Shown piece after piece: positions 18,797 to 29,401 of a stretch of DNA of 64,000 bases. The notes under the pieces were generated by a model. It was not told the DNA's origin, did not search any database, and saw nothing but the letters and a program-made list of their open reading frames with translations. Position numbers and translations under genes: made by a program. The DNA is taken from NCBI GenBank assembly GCA_964547465.1, contig CAZJNI010000002.1, positions 6,043-70,042 of the forward strand, given 5' to 3'. Source of the DNA: an uncultured Gammaproteobacteria bacterium. GTDB lineage: Bacteria; Patescibacteriota; Microgenomatia; Daviesbacterales; UBA10151. Position 1 is the stretch's first letter; every line of letters begins with the position of its first letter.

Positions 18797-19912
18797 ATGA
18801 AGATTTTAATTACCGGGGCTCATTTTACACCTGCTGTAGCAGTTATTGAGCAGTTAAAAAAGAATTATCAGGCAGAGATTGTCTATGTTGGAAGAAAAAC
18901 TACTTTGGAAGGAGATAATACCCCTTCTCAAGAATCTCAAGTACTTCCAAAAATGGGAATAAAGTTTATTACAATTACAACCGGAAGGTTGCAGAGAGAA
19001 TTTACCATTTATACAATTCCTTCACTTCTTAAAATTCCAATAGGATTAATCCAATCACTATTTATTATTTTATTTGAAAAACCCAATGTAATATTGTCTT
19101 TTGGCGGGTATGTAGCTTTGCCGACAGTCTTTATAGGATGGCTTTTTTCAATACCTATTATTGTTCATGAGCAGACATTAGTATCCGGACTTGCCAATCA
19201 AATAAGTGCTCTATTGGCAGATAAAATTGCTTTGTCTTTTGATAAAGGCTATCAGATTAACAATACAAAAACTGTTCTAACTGGAAACCCAATCAGGGAG
19301 GAAATCAAGTCCCCTCAAAAATTTTCATTAGGCTCTGATTATAGGAAAATATTTGATTTAGCTAAAAAGAGTAATTCCCCTGTAATATTAGTTATTGGAG
19401 GTAATCAAGGTTCCCATACTATTAATTTAGTAATTGAGAACTCGTTGTCTAAATTATTAAAAATAGGGTACGTAATCCATCAAACAGGGGACACAAAATT
19501 TAGCGATTTTGAAAGATTAGAGGAAAAACAGAATGAGAAATATTTAGTGAAAAAGTGGATTGATAAGGATATAGGAATTGTTTTATCAGGTGTTGATTTT
19601 GTAATTTCAAGGGCTGGTGCAAATACTTTGGTAGAACTTGCATATTTAGGGAAACCAGTATTAACAATTCCATTCGAGCCGCTCTATAATGATGAACAGA
19701 ACAAAAACGCAAAGTATTTTGAAGATTTAGGCTTAGCGAGAATTCTACCTCAAGTTAGATTATCCTCTAAAAGTTTGTTGGAAAATATAAAAATTATGCT
19801 TAAGGATTTAGATAATCTAAAAGAAAAAGCCAGAAAAATTAGAGAAACTATAAATACAGATGCAGCAAATAGATTAGCTTTGGAGACAACGCTTTTGGGT
19901 AAAAGAAATTAG
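18797..19912 (+). CDS. murG: Lipid II GlcNAc transferase
   Basis: G.H..P, FGGYV, HEQ, TGNPIR, GG.QG, SRAGA.T, Q..NA. Confidence 0.94.
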   Translation: MKILITGAHFTPAVAVIEQLKKNYQAEIVYVGRKTTLEGDNTPSQESQVLPKMGIKFITITTGRLQREFTIYTIPSLLKIPIGLIQSLFIILFEKPNVILSFGGYVALPTVFIGWLFSIPIIVHEQTLVSGLANQISALLADKIALSFDKGYQINNTKTVLTGNPIREEIKSPQKFSLGSDYRKIFDLAKKSNSPVILVIGGNQGSHTINLVIENSLSKLLKIGYVIHQTGDTKFSDFERLEEKQNEKYLVKKWIDKDIGIVLSGVDFVISRAGANTLVELAYLGKPVLTIPFEPLYNDEQNKNAKYFEDLGLARILPQVRLSSKSLLENIKIMLKDLDNLKEKARKIRETINTDAANRLALETTLLGKRN

Positions 19913-19915
19913 AAT

Positions 19916-20704
19916 ATGTTTTCTAAAAGATTAAAACGAAATACAGGATTTTTTAATAAGATCCTGATTTTTTTCACGGCAATTTTATTTTTAGTTCTTG
20001 TTTTTCTGGTTATAAAATCTTCAATTTTCGTCATTAAAAATATAGATATTGAAAAACAAAATGTGGATTGTGTTGATGATTTAAAAATCAAAGATTCTTC
20101 CCGAATTTTGGGTCAAAATTTTTTCTTAGTAGACACTCAAAAAATAGAGGGAAATCTAAAACTTAAGTTTTTTTGTATAAAAAAAGTTTTAACTAAAAAG
20201 GAATTTCCGAATAAAATAAAGCTAACATTACTGGGAAGAGAAGCAAAAGTTCTAGTTGCTCCTTTAAAAAATAAGGAAGCGACAACAGCAGCACTTTTAG
20301 AAAATATTGCCACCCCTTCTGCCCAAGATTTTTCAGATAATTTTTTTGTGGATGATGAAGGTGTTTCCTTCGGTAAAGCAAGTACCGGAAATGACCTGCC
20401 CAAGATTTTTCTTTATGGTAAGGGAATACCTTTGGGGGAGCAAAATTTACAAATTAAAGATACGATAAGAATTTTAGAAAAAATTAAGTCATTTAATATT
20501 GACATTAAAACAATGACTATTCAGGGTGATTTTCTAATTACTGAAACGCAACCTAAAATAGTATTTAATTTAGCGGGTAAGATAGACACCCAAATTGCAT
20601 CTTTACAATTAATCCTGCAGCAAGCTAAAATAGACTCAAATACTTTGGAGTTTATCGATTTAAGATTTGATAAGCCAATTGTTAAATTTGCCCCAAAGAA
20701 ATAG
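19916..20704 (+). CDS. ftsQ: Cell division protein FtsQ/DivIB-like
   Basis: TM, K.FPN POTRA-like, VD.EG, IDLRFD; precedes ftsA. Confidence 0.8.
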   Translation: MFSKRLKRNTGFFNKILIFFTAILFLVLVFLVIKSSIFVIKNIDIEKQNVDCVDDLKIKDSSRILGQNFFLVDTQKIEGNLKLKFFCIKKVLTKKEFPNKIKLTLLGREAKVLVAPLKNKEATTAALLENIATPSAQDFSDNFFVDDEGVSFGKASTGNDLPKIFLYGKGIPLGEQNLQIKDTIRILEKIKSFNIDIKTMTIQGDFLITETQPKIVFNLAGKIDTQIASLQLILQQAKIDSNTLEFIDLRFDKPIVKFAPKK

Positions 20705-20706
20705 TT

Positions 20707-22005
20707 ATGGCTAAGGATAAAGTAATCTGTGGTATAGATGTTGGATCATCAAAAATAGCAACTCTTATAGCTTCAGTTGATGAAGACGGAAAAATAAATC
20801 TTATCGGTGTTTCCTCAACTATTTCCAGGGGAGTAAGAAAAAATCAGGTTGTTGATATAGACGAAGCCGTTGCTGCAATTACTGAATCAGTTGAGGCAGC
20901 AGAGAGAATGGCAGGATATTCGATTTCTTCGGCATTCGTTTCTTTGGGTGGTCCACAAATAGAAAGTGTAAATCAACATGCAGTTGTTGCTGTTTCAGAA
21001 CCAGAAGGTGAAATAAAAGAATCTGATATACAAAGAGTAAATGATGCGGCAAGAGCACTCCCGCTTCCCTCTTCAAGAGAAATCCTGCACGTTATCCCCA
21101 GGACTTTTACAGTTGATGGACAAGAGGGGATTAAGGATCCAATTGGGATGACTGGGGTGAGACTGGAAACAGAAACACATATTATCACAGGTTCCTCGAC
21201 TTCAATGAGAAACCTGGTTAAGTGTGTTTCGCAAGTTGGCATTGATGTTTTAGAGTTAGTATTTTCAGGAATTGCCTCATCTATTGCCGTTTTAACTGAT
21301 ACTGAAAAAGAGCTGGGGGTAGTTTTGGTTGATATTGGCGGAGAGACTACTGATGTGGTGATATTTATTGACGGATCAGTCTCTTATTCCTCTGTTATCC
21401 CGATTGGTGCCCGTCATATTACATCTGATATGGCGGTAGGACTTCGGATTTCTTTGGAATCAGCAGAGAAAATAAAATTATCTTTAGCTAAAGTGGTAAA
21501 TACTCCGGCATTGGCAGATGAGAAAGAAGAAGAAAGTAAAAACGGTGCTGCCAGGAAAAAGGAAGACGGAATGCTTGATATAAAATCCCTGGGAATCACA
21601 GAGGATATACAAAAAATCTCCAGAAAAGCAGTAGTTGATGGAATAATTAGACCAAGACTCCAGGAAATATTTAAATATGTTGGCAAAGAGATTAAAAAAA
21701 GCGGTTTTGGGACTCAAATTCCTTCAGGACTTGTAATTTGTGGTGGGGGAGCGCAAACTGTTGGAATTTTAGATCAGGCAAAATATGTTTTGGGATTTCC
21801 TGCCAGGATTGGTCAAATTGAAGGATTATTTGGAATGATTGAGGAAATTGATTCTCCAACTTTTGCATCTGCCGCAGGCTTGATTCTTTATGGAGCAAGC
21901 CAGGGAACAAGAGGAGAAATACATTTACCGGTTCTCTCCGGAAACTTACCACTTAAAGGAATGATACAAAAGGGAATTTCTCTCATAAAGTCATTCCTGC
22001 CCTGA
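20707..22005 (+). CDS. ftsA: Cell division protein FtsA
   Basis: GIDVGSSK, AERMAG, P.GM.GVRLE, VDIGG.TTD. Confidence 0.97.
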   Translation: MAKDKVICGIDVGSSKIATLIASVDEDGKINLIGVSSTISRGVRKNQVVDIDEAVAAITESVEAAERMAGYSISSAFVSLGGPQIESVNQHAVVAVSEPEGEIKESDIQRVNDAARALPLPSSREILHVIPRTFTVDGQEGIKDPIGMTGVRLETETHIITGSSTSMRNLVKCVSQVGIDVLELVFSGIASSIAVLTDTEKELGVVLVDIGGETTDVVIFIDGSVSYSSVIPIGARHITSDMAVGLRISLESAEKIKLSLAKVVNTPALADEKEEESKNGAARKKEDGMLDIKSLGITEDIQKISRKAVVDGIIRPRLQEIFKYVGKEIKKSGFGTQIPSGLVICGGGAQTVGILDQAKYVLGFPARIGQIEGLFGMIEEIDSPTFASAAGLILYGASQGTRGEIHLPVLSGNLPLKGMIQKGISLIKSFLP

Positions 22006-22087
22006 TGTTTGATGTTCCTTATTTAGGTACTTGATATCATTAAGTACAATCTGCTATATTCGGAGCGAAGTCTGTCCAAGAAGTATT

Positions 22088-23233
22088 ATGTTGATCAAAC
22101 CTGATGTTCAGAGATTTGCCAAGATTAAAGTCGTAGGACTTGGTGGCGGTGGTTCTAATTCTATAAGCTCCATGATTGCTCTTCAGCAAATTCAAGGGGT
22201 GGAATTTGTGGCTATAAATACCGATGCGCAAGCTTTAATGAATAATCAATCCCCCACCAAAGTACAAATTGGTGAAAGTTTAACTAAGGGTTTAGGTTCT
22301 GGTGGAGATCCGGAAATTGGCAAACAGGCAGCTGAAGAATCGACCCAAAAGTTAGAAGATGTATTGCAAGATGCTGATATGGTCTTCCTGACAGCCGGAA
22401 TGGGTGGAGGAACTGGAACAGGCTCAATTCCAATAGTTGCACAAATTGCCAAAAACGTGGGAGCTTTGACAGTAGCAGTTGTAACAAAGCCATTTTCTTT
22501 TGAAGGAACAAAAAGGATGGTGGTGGCAGAAGAAGGACTGGAGAAACTTAAGGATAAGGTTGATGCATTAATTATTATCCCCAACCAAAGGTTGCTTGAA
22601 ACCGTTGACAAAAATATCACTTTGCAGGACGCATTTAGGTTGGCAGATTCTGTCTTGGGCCAAGGGGTTCAAGGTATTTCTGATTTGATTACCATGCCAG
22701 GACTTATTAATGTTGATTTTGCAGATGTTAAAACAATCATGTCTAATGCCGGTTCTGCTTTAATGGGAATTGGTGTGGCAGGCGGGGAAAACAGGGCTGC
22801 TGCAGCAGCCAGAATGGCTATTGCCTCGCCCCTCTTGGAGGTTTCAATTGAGGGTGCCAAAGGGGTTTTGTTTAATATTGTAGGAGGATCAGATCTATCC
22901 ATGGCAGAGGTTAATGAGGCGGCACAAATTATTGCTCAAGCCGCAGATCCTGATGCTAATATTATTTTTGGTGCAACTATAAAAGAGGATCAATTGGATC
23001 AGGTTAAACTTTCTGTGATTGCCACAGGATTTGATGAAACAAGAAGAAGGCTCCGGGAATATATAGGTAGTGGAATTGGTTCATCATCCCTGCAAAATAC
23101 AGCAACACCATGGCAGGAAGAGGCTGAAGAAACTCCCGCTTCTCAAACAGTTTCTGAAGCAGAAGTGGCAGAAGAAGAGACCAAAGAGGAAGACGACTTA
23201 GAAATACCTGCTTTCTTACGTAGTAACCGCTAG
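22088..23233 (+). CDS. ftsZ: Cell division protein FtsZ
   Basis: IKVVGLGGGG.N, GGGTGTG, INVDFADV, C-terminal LEIPAFLR. Confidence 0.98.
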   Translation: MLIKPDVQRFAKIKVVGLGGGGSNSISSMIALQQIQGVEFVAINTDAQALMNNQSPTKVQIGESLTKGLGSGGDPEIGKQAAEESTQKLEDVLQDADMVFLTAGMGGGTGTGSIPIVAQIAKNVGALTVAVVTKPFSFEGTKRMVVAEEGLEKLKDKVDALIIIPNQRLLETVDKNITLQDAFRLADSVLGQGVQGISDLITMPGLINVDFADVKTIMSNAGSALMGIGVAGGENRAAAAARMAIASPLLEVSIEGAKGVLFNIVGGSDLSMAEVNEAAQIIAQAADPDANIIFGATIKEDQLDQVKLSVIATGFDETRRRLREYIGSGIGSSSLQNTATPWQEEAEETPASQTVSEAEVAEEETKEEDDLEIPAFLRSNR

Positions 23234-23268
23234 AGTTAAGTCCAAAATTCTGTTAAAATTCTTTCATT

Positions 23269-26190
23269 ATGGCTAAATTGAAGAACTCGCTTCGCGAGAC
23301 CTTGCGACCCTTTCAGGGTCTAAAAAGCGTTTCTTCGCAAGTTGATTTTCCAGCTCTGGAGAGGGAACTCCTAGACTATTGGTACAAAGAGGGAATTATT
23401 GAGAAATATCTAAAAAAGAACCAGGAGGCTGAAGAAAAATTTTCTTTTCTGGATGGGCCGATTACTGCCAATAATCCAATGGGGGTTCATCATGCCTGGG
23501 GAAGAACTTATAAGGATCTTTGGCAAAGATTTTTTAACATGAAGGGTTATGCGCAGAGGTTTCAGAATGGATTTGATGAGCAAGGACTCTGGGTAGAAGT
23601 TGAAGTAGAAAAAGAACTAGGACTACATAGTAAAAAAGATATCGAAAATTTAATACCAGGAGATAAATTTAAAAGTTTGGAAAAATTTATTAATCTTTGT
23701 AAAGAGAGGGTAAAGAAATTTTCTGAAATTCAAACTGACCAAAGTAAAAGACTAGGCTATTTTATGGATTGGGATAATTCTTACCATACTTCCTCTGATG
23801 AAAACAATTTCGCAATCTGGAATTTCTTAAAAGTTGTTAATGATAAAGGCTGGCTTTATAAAGGGCATGATAGTGTTCCATGGTGTCCAAGATGCGGAAC
23901 AGCAATTTCCCAGCATGAAATTTTGACAGAGGATTATAAAGAAATTGATCATGAATCAGTATATTTCAAGTTACCCATTAGAGATAGAAAAAATGAATAC
24001 TTAGTTGTTTGGACAACTACTCCATGGACTATACCAGCCAATGTTGCTGTGGCCGTGGATCCAAAAATAAAGTATGTAAAAATAGAGGAAAATGGTGAAA
24101 TTTATTACCTAGCTGAATCAAGACTGGGCATTATAGGAAAGGGTGTAGTCATCAGTAATGCTGTATCAGCTAAAGATTTAGTGGGACTTGAATATGAAGC
24201 TCCATTTGATCATCTGCCTAGAGTTTCAGAAGCTTTGGGCGAATATATCCATAGGGTGGTAGAAACTGATGACTTAATTTTACCCATTACAACTGAAGAG
24301 GGAACTGGATTAGTCCATGTAGCTCCAGGTGCCGGGTCAGAAGATTTTAAATTGGGAAAAAAATTAGGTCTTCCAGTAATTGAGCTCATTGATGAGGAAG
24401 CAAATTATATGGACAAAATGGAGGATTTCTCTAATCAGAATGCTAAAAAACATCCGGAATTAATAATAGATTTTCTAAACAAAAAAGATGGCGGGAAATT
24501 TTTGTTTAAGACTGAAAGAATAAAACATAGATATCCAAATTGCTGGAGATGTAAATCCGAACTTGTTTGGAGAGTTGTTGATGAGTGGTACATAGCAATG
24601 GATCGTGATGACGAATCAGGAAAAACTTATCGGGAACAAATGGTGGAAGTTGTTAAAAACATAAACTGGATACCGAAGTGGGGATTAGAGCGAGAATTAG
24701 ATTGGCTTAAAAACATGCATGATTGGTTAATTTCCAAAAAAAGATATTGGGGTTTAAGCTTACCGGTTTGGGAATGTAGTAAATGTGGTAATTTTGAAGT
24801 AATTGGTAGTAAAGAGGAGCTTAAAGAAAGAGCTGTTGAAGGTTGGGATAAGTTTGAGGGACATTCTCCGCATAGGCCCTGGATTGATCAAGTCAGGATT
24901 AAATGCTCAAATTGTTCAGAAATAATTTCAAGGATTCCAGATGTGGGGAATCCCTGGCTTGATGCTGGAATCGTACCATTCTCTACCTTGCCAGAAGACT
25001 TTTTTCCAGCAGATTTTATAACAGAAAGCTTTCCGGGTCAGTTTAAAAATTGGTTTTATTCACTTATAGCTATGAGTACAGCTTTAAAAAGAGAAGCTCC
25101 ATTTAAAAACATTTTAGGTTTTGCTTCTTTACTTGATGAAAAAGGTGAACCAATGCATAAGTCTAGGGGTAATGCCATTGAGTTTAATGAAGCAGCAGAT
25201 AAAATCGGTGCAGATGTAATGAGATGGATGTACGTTACTCAAAACCCAGAATTCAATTTACTTTTTGGATATACTCCGGCTGCTGAAGTTAAGAGAAGGT
25301 TTTATCTTATTCTATGGAATAGTTATAAGTTTTTCATAGATTATGCACTTTTGAATAAGTGGGATTGCAAAGAAGAGATTGATAATCTGACAGTTTTAGA
25401 TAAATGGGTATTAGCACGCCTTACAGAAGTTGTTTTAGCGGTTAATAAGAATTTGGAGAATTTTGATGCTGCCTCATCTACCAGGGCAATTGAGGATTTT
25501 GTAGTGAATGACTTTTCAACCTGGTACATCAGACGATCAAGGGATAGAGTCGGACTTGATGTTGATAAATCCGATCGCAGCGCAGCTTTATCAGTTATGT
25601 ACGGAGTGTTAGTCACGTTATCAAAACTTTTAGCTCCCTTTATTCCGTTTATAACTGAAGAGATGTATCAAAATTTAACTGGTGATATATCTGTACACTT
25701 AAGTGATTATCCACTGGGGGACAAAACTCTACTTGATGAAAAATTAATTGAGCAAATGAAAATAGTCAGAAAAATAGCAGAAGCAGCACATGCTAAAAGA
25801 AAAGAAGCAGGAATTAAGCTCAGACAACCCTTAGCTAGTTTAACTTATAAATCCTTAGTTCAGTTAAGGCAAGATTTAGAAAAGATTTTATCAGAGGAGC
25901 TTAATGTTAAGAAGATTGAATACCAAAAATCCTCAAAGACTGAGCCTGAAGTAGAGTTGGATACAAAAATTACTCCCGCTCTTAAAGAAGAAGGTGAGGC
26001 TAGAGATTTAATCAGGCAGGTTCAGCAACTTAGAAAGGAACAAAATCTAACTTTGGTAGATAAAACAAAAATAACTGCCCCAAGTTGGCCAAAAGATTTT
26101 GAGAAACAAATTCTTGTTGGGACAGCTTCTGTCTCTATTCAAAAAGGCAATGAGCTTTCTGTTATCAAAGTAGAAGATGTTAAATCTTAA
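23269..26190 (+). CDS. ileS: Isoleucine--tRNA ligase, type 2
   Basis: DGPITAN..MGVHHAW (HIGH variant), WTTTPWT, GTGLVH.APG.G.ED, DWLIS..RYWG, PMHKS.GN (KMSKS variant). Confidence 0.95.
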   Translation: MAKLKNSLRETLRPFQGLKSVSSQVDFPALERELLDYWYKEGIIEKYLKKNQEAEEKFSFLDGPITANNPMGVHHAWGRTYKDLWQRFFNMKGYAQRFQNGFDEQGLWVEVEVEKELGLHSKKDIENLIPGDKFKSLEKFINLCKERVKKFSEIQTDQSKRLGYFMDWDNSYHTSSDENNFAIWNFLKVVNDKGWLYKGHDSVPWCPRCGTAISQHEILTEDYKEIDHESVYFKLPIRDRKNEYLVVWTTTPWTIPANVAVAVDPKIKYVKIEENGEIYYLAESRLGIIGKGVVISNAVSAKDLVGLEYEAPFDHLPRVSEALGEYIHRVVETDDLILPITTEEGTGLVHVAPGAGSEDFKLGKKLGLPVIELIDEEANYMDKMEDFSNQNAKKHPELIIDFLNKKDGGKFLFKTERIKHRYPNCWRCKSELVWRVVDEWYIAMDRDDESGKTYREQMVEVVKNINWIPKWGLERELDWLKNMHDWLISKKRYWGLSLPVWECSKCGNFEVIGSKEELKERAVEGWDKFEGHSPHRPWIDQVRIKCSNCSEIISRIPDVGNPWLDAGIVPFSTLPEDFFPADFITESFPGQFKNWFYSLIAMSTALKREAPFKNILGFASLLDEKGEPMHKSRGNAIEFNEAADKIGADVMRWMYVTQNPEFNLLFGYTPAAEVKRRFYLILWNSYKFFIDYALLNKWDCKEEIDNLTVLDKWVLARLTEVVLAVNKNLENFDAASSTRAIEDFVVNDFSTWYIRRSRDRVGLDVDKSDRSAALSVMYGVLVTLSKLLAPFIPFITEEMYQNLTGDISVHLSDYPLGDKTLLDEKLIEQMKIVRKIAEAAHAKRKEAGIKLRQPLASLTYKSLVQLRQDLEKILSEELNVKKIEYQKSSKTEPEVELDTKITPALKEEGEARDLIRQVQQLRKEQNLTLVDKTKITAPSWPKDFEKQILVGTASVSIQKGNELSVIKVEDVKS
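23286..23320. repeat. Tandem GC-rich hairpins in the ileS 5' end
   Basis: ctcgc-ttc-gcgag and gaccct-ttc-agggtc. Confidence 0.6.
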
Positions 26191-27241
26191 GCTTATTAAT
26201 TGGCAAATCACCCTGGCAAGTTTTTTACTTGTTTGTATTGGAATTTTAATTATTTTTTCATCATCCAGGGAACTTGCCATACAGCAGATAATCTTTAGCA
26301 TTTTAGGACTTACTTTTTTCCTGATAGTTTCACAGCTTGATTTTCATGCTTTAGTGAGCTTCATAAAGCCTGCTTATTTTTTAATAATTTTTTTACTTAT
26401 TGCAGTTTTAATCTTGGGAGTAGAAACCAGGGGAACTTTGAGATGGATACCTTTAGGGATTTTCAATATTCAACCATCCGAGTTTGCAAAACCAATATTA
26501 ATTTTATTTTTAGCAAGATTCTGGTCAAATAATATTCCCTCCTGGAGAAATATTTTTAAATGCTTGCTTTGGGTTTTACCTATTTTTATTCTAATATTTA
26601 AGCAACCAGACTTGGGTTCTGCCTTAACTATTGCAGCAATCTGGTTAGGTATGTTATTTGCAGCAAAAGTTTCCCTTAAAAAAATAATTGTTATTATATT
26701 AATTAGCGCATTTATTCTTCCCTTAGGTTGGCATCTTTTGCATGATTATCAAAGACAAAGGATTATCAGCTTTTTAGCTCCTCAAAGCGACCCATTAGGT
26801 AGGGGATATAATTTAATTCAATCAACCATTGCTGTTGGATCAGGACAGTTTTTAGGAAGAGGTTTAGGAAGAGGGACTCAATCCAGGCTTCAATTTTTGC
26901 CTGAATTTAGAACTGATTTTATTTTTGCCTCAATTGCGGAGGAGATGGGACTTTTAGGTTCAGCTGTTATTTTGAGTTTATATCTTTTTATAATTGTTTA
27001 TAGTTTATTTCTTGCCAATAAAATTTCGGATCCGGCAAATTTACTCCTAATTGTTGGGGTTGTATCAATGCTTCTTTTCCAGACTTTTGTTAATATTGGA
27101 ATGAATATGGGTCTTTTACCAATTACAGGTATTACTCTGCCTTTGATTTCTTATGGCGGCAGTTCTTTAATAGCTACTTTTATATGTTTGGGACTTATCT
27201 CATCAGCCTGGAAATTTGGGAAAAGAATTGACCACGATTAG
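26177..27241 (+). CDS. rodA: Rod shape-determining SEDS protein RodA
   Basis: QPSEFAK, QPDLG, YQ..RI..FL.P..DPLG.GYN..QS.IAVGSG, LPE..TDFIF. Confidence 0.93.
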   Translation: MLNLKLINWQITLASFLLVCIGILIIFSSSRELAIQQIIFSILGLTFFLIVSQLDFHALVSFIKPAYFLIIFLLIAVLILGVETRGTLRWIPLGIFNIQPSEFAKPILILFLARFWSNNIPSWRNIFKCLLWVLPIFILIFKQPDLGSALTIAAIWLGMLFAAKVSLKKIIVIILISAFILPLGWHLLHDYQRQRIISFLAPQSDPLGRGYNLIQSTIAVGSGQFLGRGLGRGTQSRLQFLPEFRTDFIFASIAEEMGLLGSAVILSLYLFIIVYSLFLANKISDPANLLLIVGVVSMLLFQTFVNIGMNMGLLPITGITLPLISYGGSSLIATFICLGLISSAWKFGKRIDHD

Positions 27242-27262
27242 TTTACATGTTAAAATCTCTCC

Positions 27263-27568
27263 ATGTTAAATTATGCAATCTGTGAAATAAACGGTAAACA
27301 ATATAAGATTTTCCCTAATATTCCTTTGTTGATTGATTATCAAGGCGAAAAAAATAAGGATATAGAGGCTAATGTTTTGCTAATGGAGGATGGTAAGCTG
27401 CATTTGGGAAAGCCGTATCTTAAGGAAAAATTAAATTTAAAATTTGTTGAGAATACTCAAGGAGAGAAAGTCAGAGTATCTAAATTTCATGCCAAGGCAA
27501 ATTATAGAAAAATAACAGGTAAAAGAGCAAAATTTACCAAAGTTGTTCTGAATGTGAAAAGGGCTTGA
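27263..27568 (+). CDS. rplU: 50S ribosomal protein L21
   Basis: YAI....GKQYK, G.PYL, K..YRK..G.R; precedes rpmA. Confidence 0.88.
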   Translation: MLNYAICEINGKQYKIFPNIPLLIDYQGEKNKDIEANVLLMEDGKLHLGKPYLKEKLNLKFVENTQGEKVRVSKFHAKANYRKITGKRAKFTKVVLNVKRA

Positions 27569-27592
27569 TACGTTCATGAGACTGAACGTATC
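27567..27592. repeat. ACGTT hairpin family copy
   Basis: gatacgttca-tgagac-tgaacgtatc. Confidence 0.7.
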
Positions 27593-27621
27593 TTGACAAT
27601 AGTTTTCACGGAGTGTATCTT
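27593..27621 (+). promoter_or_regulatory. Sigma70-type promoter for rpmA
   Basis: TTGACA-17 nt-TATCTT. Confidence 0.6.
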
Positions 27622-27638
27622 ACAATTGTCTTAATGTT

Positions 27639-27884
27639 ATGGCGCATAAAGCAGGTGGTGGAAGTACCAGAAAAAATAGAGATTCGATATCAAAGCGTTT
27701 AGGCGTTAAAATTTATGGTGGAGCAAAAGTAATTTCAGGCAACATTATTGTCCGTCAAAAAGGAAATAAATTTTATCCGGGAGTTGGGACAAAGCAGGGT
27801 AATGACTACACAATATTCGCAGTGACGAGTGGAAAAATAGAATTTAAGAAAAAGTTGGGAAAAAGTTTAATTAATGTTGTTTAA
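27639..27884 (+). CDS. rpmA: 50S ribosomal protein L27
   Basis: [10 protein letters not shown]...RDS..KRLGVK, GNIIVRQ.G. Confidence 0.97.
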   Translation: MAHKAGGGSTRKNRDSISKRLGVKIYGGAKVISGNIIVRQKGNKFYPGVGTKQGNDYTIFAVTSGKIEFKKKLGKSLINVV

Positions 27885-27890
27885 ATAAAA

Positions 27891-28736
27891 ATGGATGAAT
27901 CTATCTATGAGTTGGAAATAGACCTGCTGCAGCCAAATCCCCTGCAGCCAAGAGGATTGATCACACCGGAATCTTTATCTGAACTGGCAGAATCTATCAG
28001 GGCGCATGGAATTTTAGAGCCTATTGTGGTTGCTAAAACTCCTGCCGGTTATCAAATTATTGCAGGGGAGCGAAGATGGAGAGCTTCCAAAGTTGTGGGT
28101 ATTCCTAAGGTTCCGGTGATAATCCGGGAAACCACTCCGCAGGGTATGCTGGAGATGGCTATTGTAGAAAATGTTCAAAGGATAGATTTAAATCCGCTGG
28201 AGAGGGCCCAAGCTTACAAAAGATTAATGGATGAATTTACGCTAACTAATGCAGAAATTTCAGAAAGAGTTTCAAAAAGTCCATCCTATATTTCCAACAC
28301 AATAAGACTGCTGACCCTGCCTGATGCGCTTAAGGATGCCTTAATGTCCGGGGCCACCACAGAAGGTCATGCCAGAGCTTTAGCAGCCCTGGAGGATCCA
28401 CACCTTATTATAGAGGCTTATAAAGAAGTATTAAAAAGAAATCTATCTGTCAGGGGTACAGAGGATTTGGTTAGAAGGTTTAGGGCAAAGGAAGGAATCG
28501 GGCCTAAGAGGGCAGCTACTATTGAGACAATGCATATACTTTCAGAAGAATTGGATCGGGTGCAAAATGATTTAAGTTCTGCCTTGTCTAAAAAAGTAGA
28601 TAGGGCAGAAGTAAAGTGTTCACAAACCGGTCAAAAGGCAAAAGTGGAGTTATTATTGGAAGGAAATCCGGAAAAAACTACACCTGCCTTGGAAGATATA
28701 AGAGCGGCAATAGTTGGTTATTTTAATCTTTCGTAG
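27891..28736 (+). CDS. parB: ParB/Spo0J partition protein
   Basis: PNP.QPR, IIAGERRWRA, ENVQR.DLNPLE.A, HTH, GHARAL. Confidence 0.95.
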   Translation: MDESIYELEIDLLQPNPLQPRGLITPESLSELAESIRAHGILEPIVVAKTPAGYQIIAGERRWRASKVVGIPKVPVIIRETTPQGMLEMAIVENVQRIDLNPLERAQAYKRLMDEFTLTNAEISERVSKSPSYISNTIRLLTLPDALKDALMSGATTEGHARALAALEDPHLIIEAYKEVLKRNLSVRGTEDLVRRFRAKEGIGPKRAATIETMHILSEELDRVQNDLSSALSKKVDRAEVKCSQTGQKAKVELLLEGNPEKTTPALEDIRAAIVGYFNLS

Positions 28737-28742
28737 AACTGA

Positions 28743-29336
28743 TTATTTGTTAGTTAAAAGTCCAACGCTCGGAGGTGGCCAGTATCTAAAAAAAGCTCTT
28801 CCCACAATCTCTTCTTTGGTTACCGCTCCCCATTCTCTTGAATCAGATGAGTGTTCTCTATTATCCCCAAAAACAAAATATTGATTAGGCCCGGCTTTAA
28901 CTGTTGAACCTTCCAGAAGAAATGACCCTCCATTTGTATGGATCCCTGCAGGTAAAAATGGTTGAGAGATTATCTCATCATTTACAGAAACCGTGTTATC
29001 TGCCACTTTTATTGTATCCCCGGGGACTGCCATTATTCTTTTGATAAAATCTTGAGATTCATCCCTGGGGTTTTTTAAAACAATGATGTCTCCCTTCTTC
29101 GGTGAACCAAATCTATAACTTATTTTTTCGGTAATAATATAATCCCCATTTTGCAGGGTCGGGATCATGGAGCTTCCGGAAACTTTATGAAATTGGGCAA
29201 TAAATAAATAAATAATGAAAAAAATTGCGACACAAACAACAACAGTCTCAATAATTTCTATAAAATAGCCGCCTAATTTATTAAAAAAGCCTTTTTCTTC
29301 CCCATACCCATAACTTGTATAACCTTCAGGATCCAT
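28743..29336 (-). CDS. lepB: Signal peptidase I
   Basis: SM.PTL..GD, FIKRI...PGD, GDNR..S.DSR.WG. Confidence 0.95.
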   Translation of the reverse strand: MDPEGYTSYGYGEEKGFFNKLGGYFIEIIETVVVCVAIFFIIYLFIAQFHKVSGSSMIPTLQNGDYIITEKISYRFGSPKKGDIIVLKNPRDESQDFIKRIMAVPGDTIKVADNTVSVNDEIISQPFLPAGIHTNGGSFLLEGSTVKAGPNQYFVFGDNREHSSDSREWGAVTKEEIVGRAFFRYWPPPSVGLLTNK

Positions 29337-29401
29337 TCTTAAGATTATCGCAAAATTTCAGGTTGTGATGCAAGTACTACGGTGCTAAAATGACTTCTAA
29401 T

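Noticed and set aside
27593-28736. parS site near parB
   Set aside because: No TGTTTCACGTGAAACA-like palindrome noticed; parA is also not adjacent.
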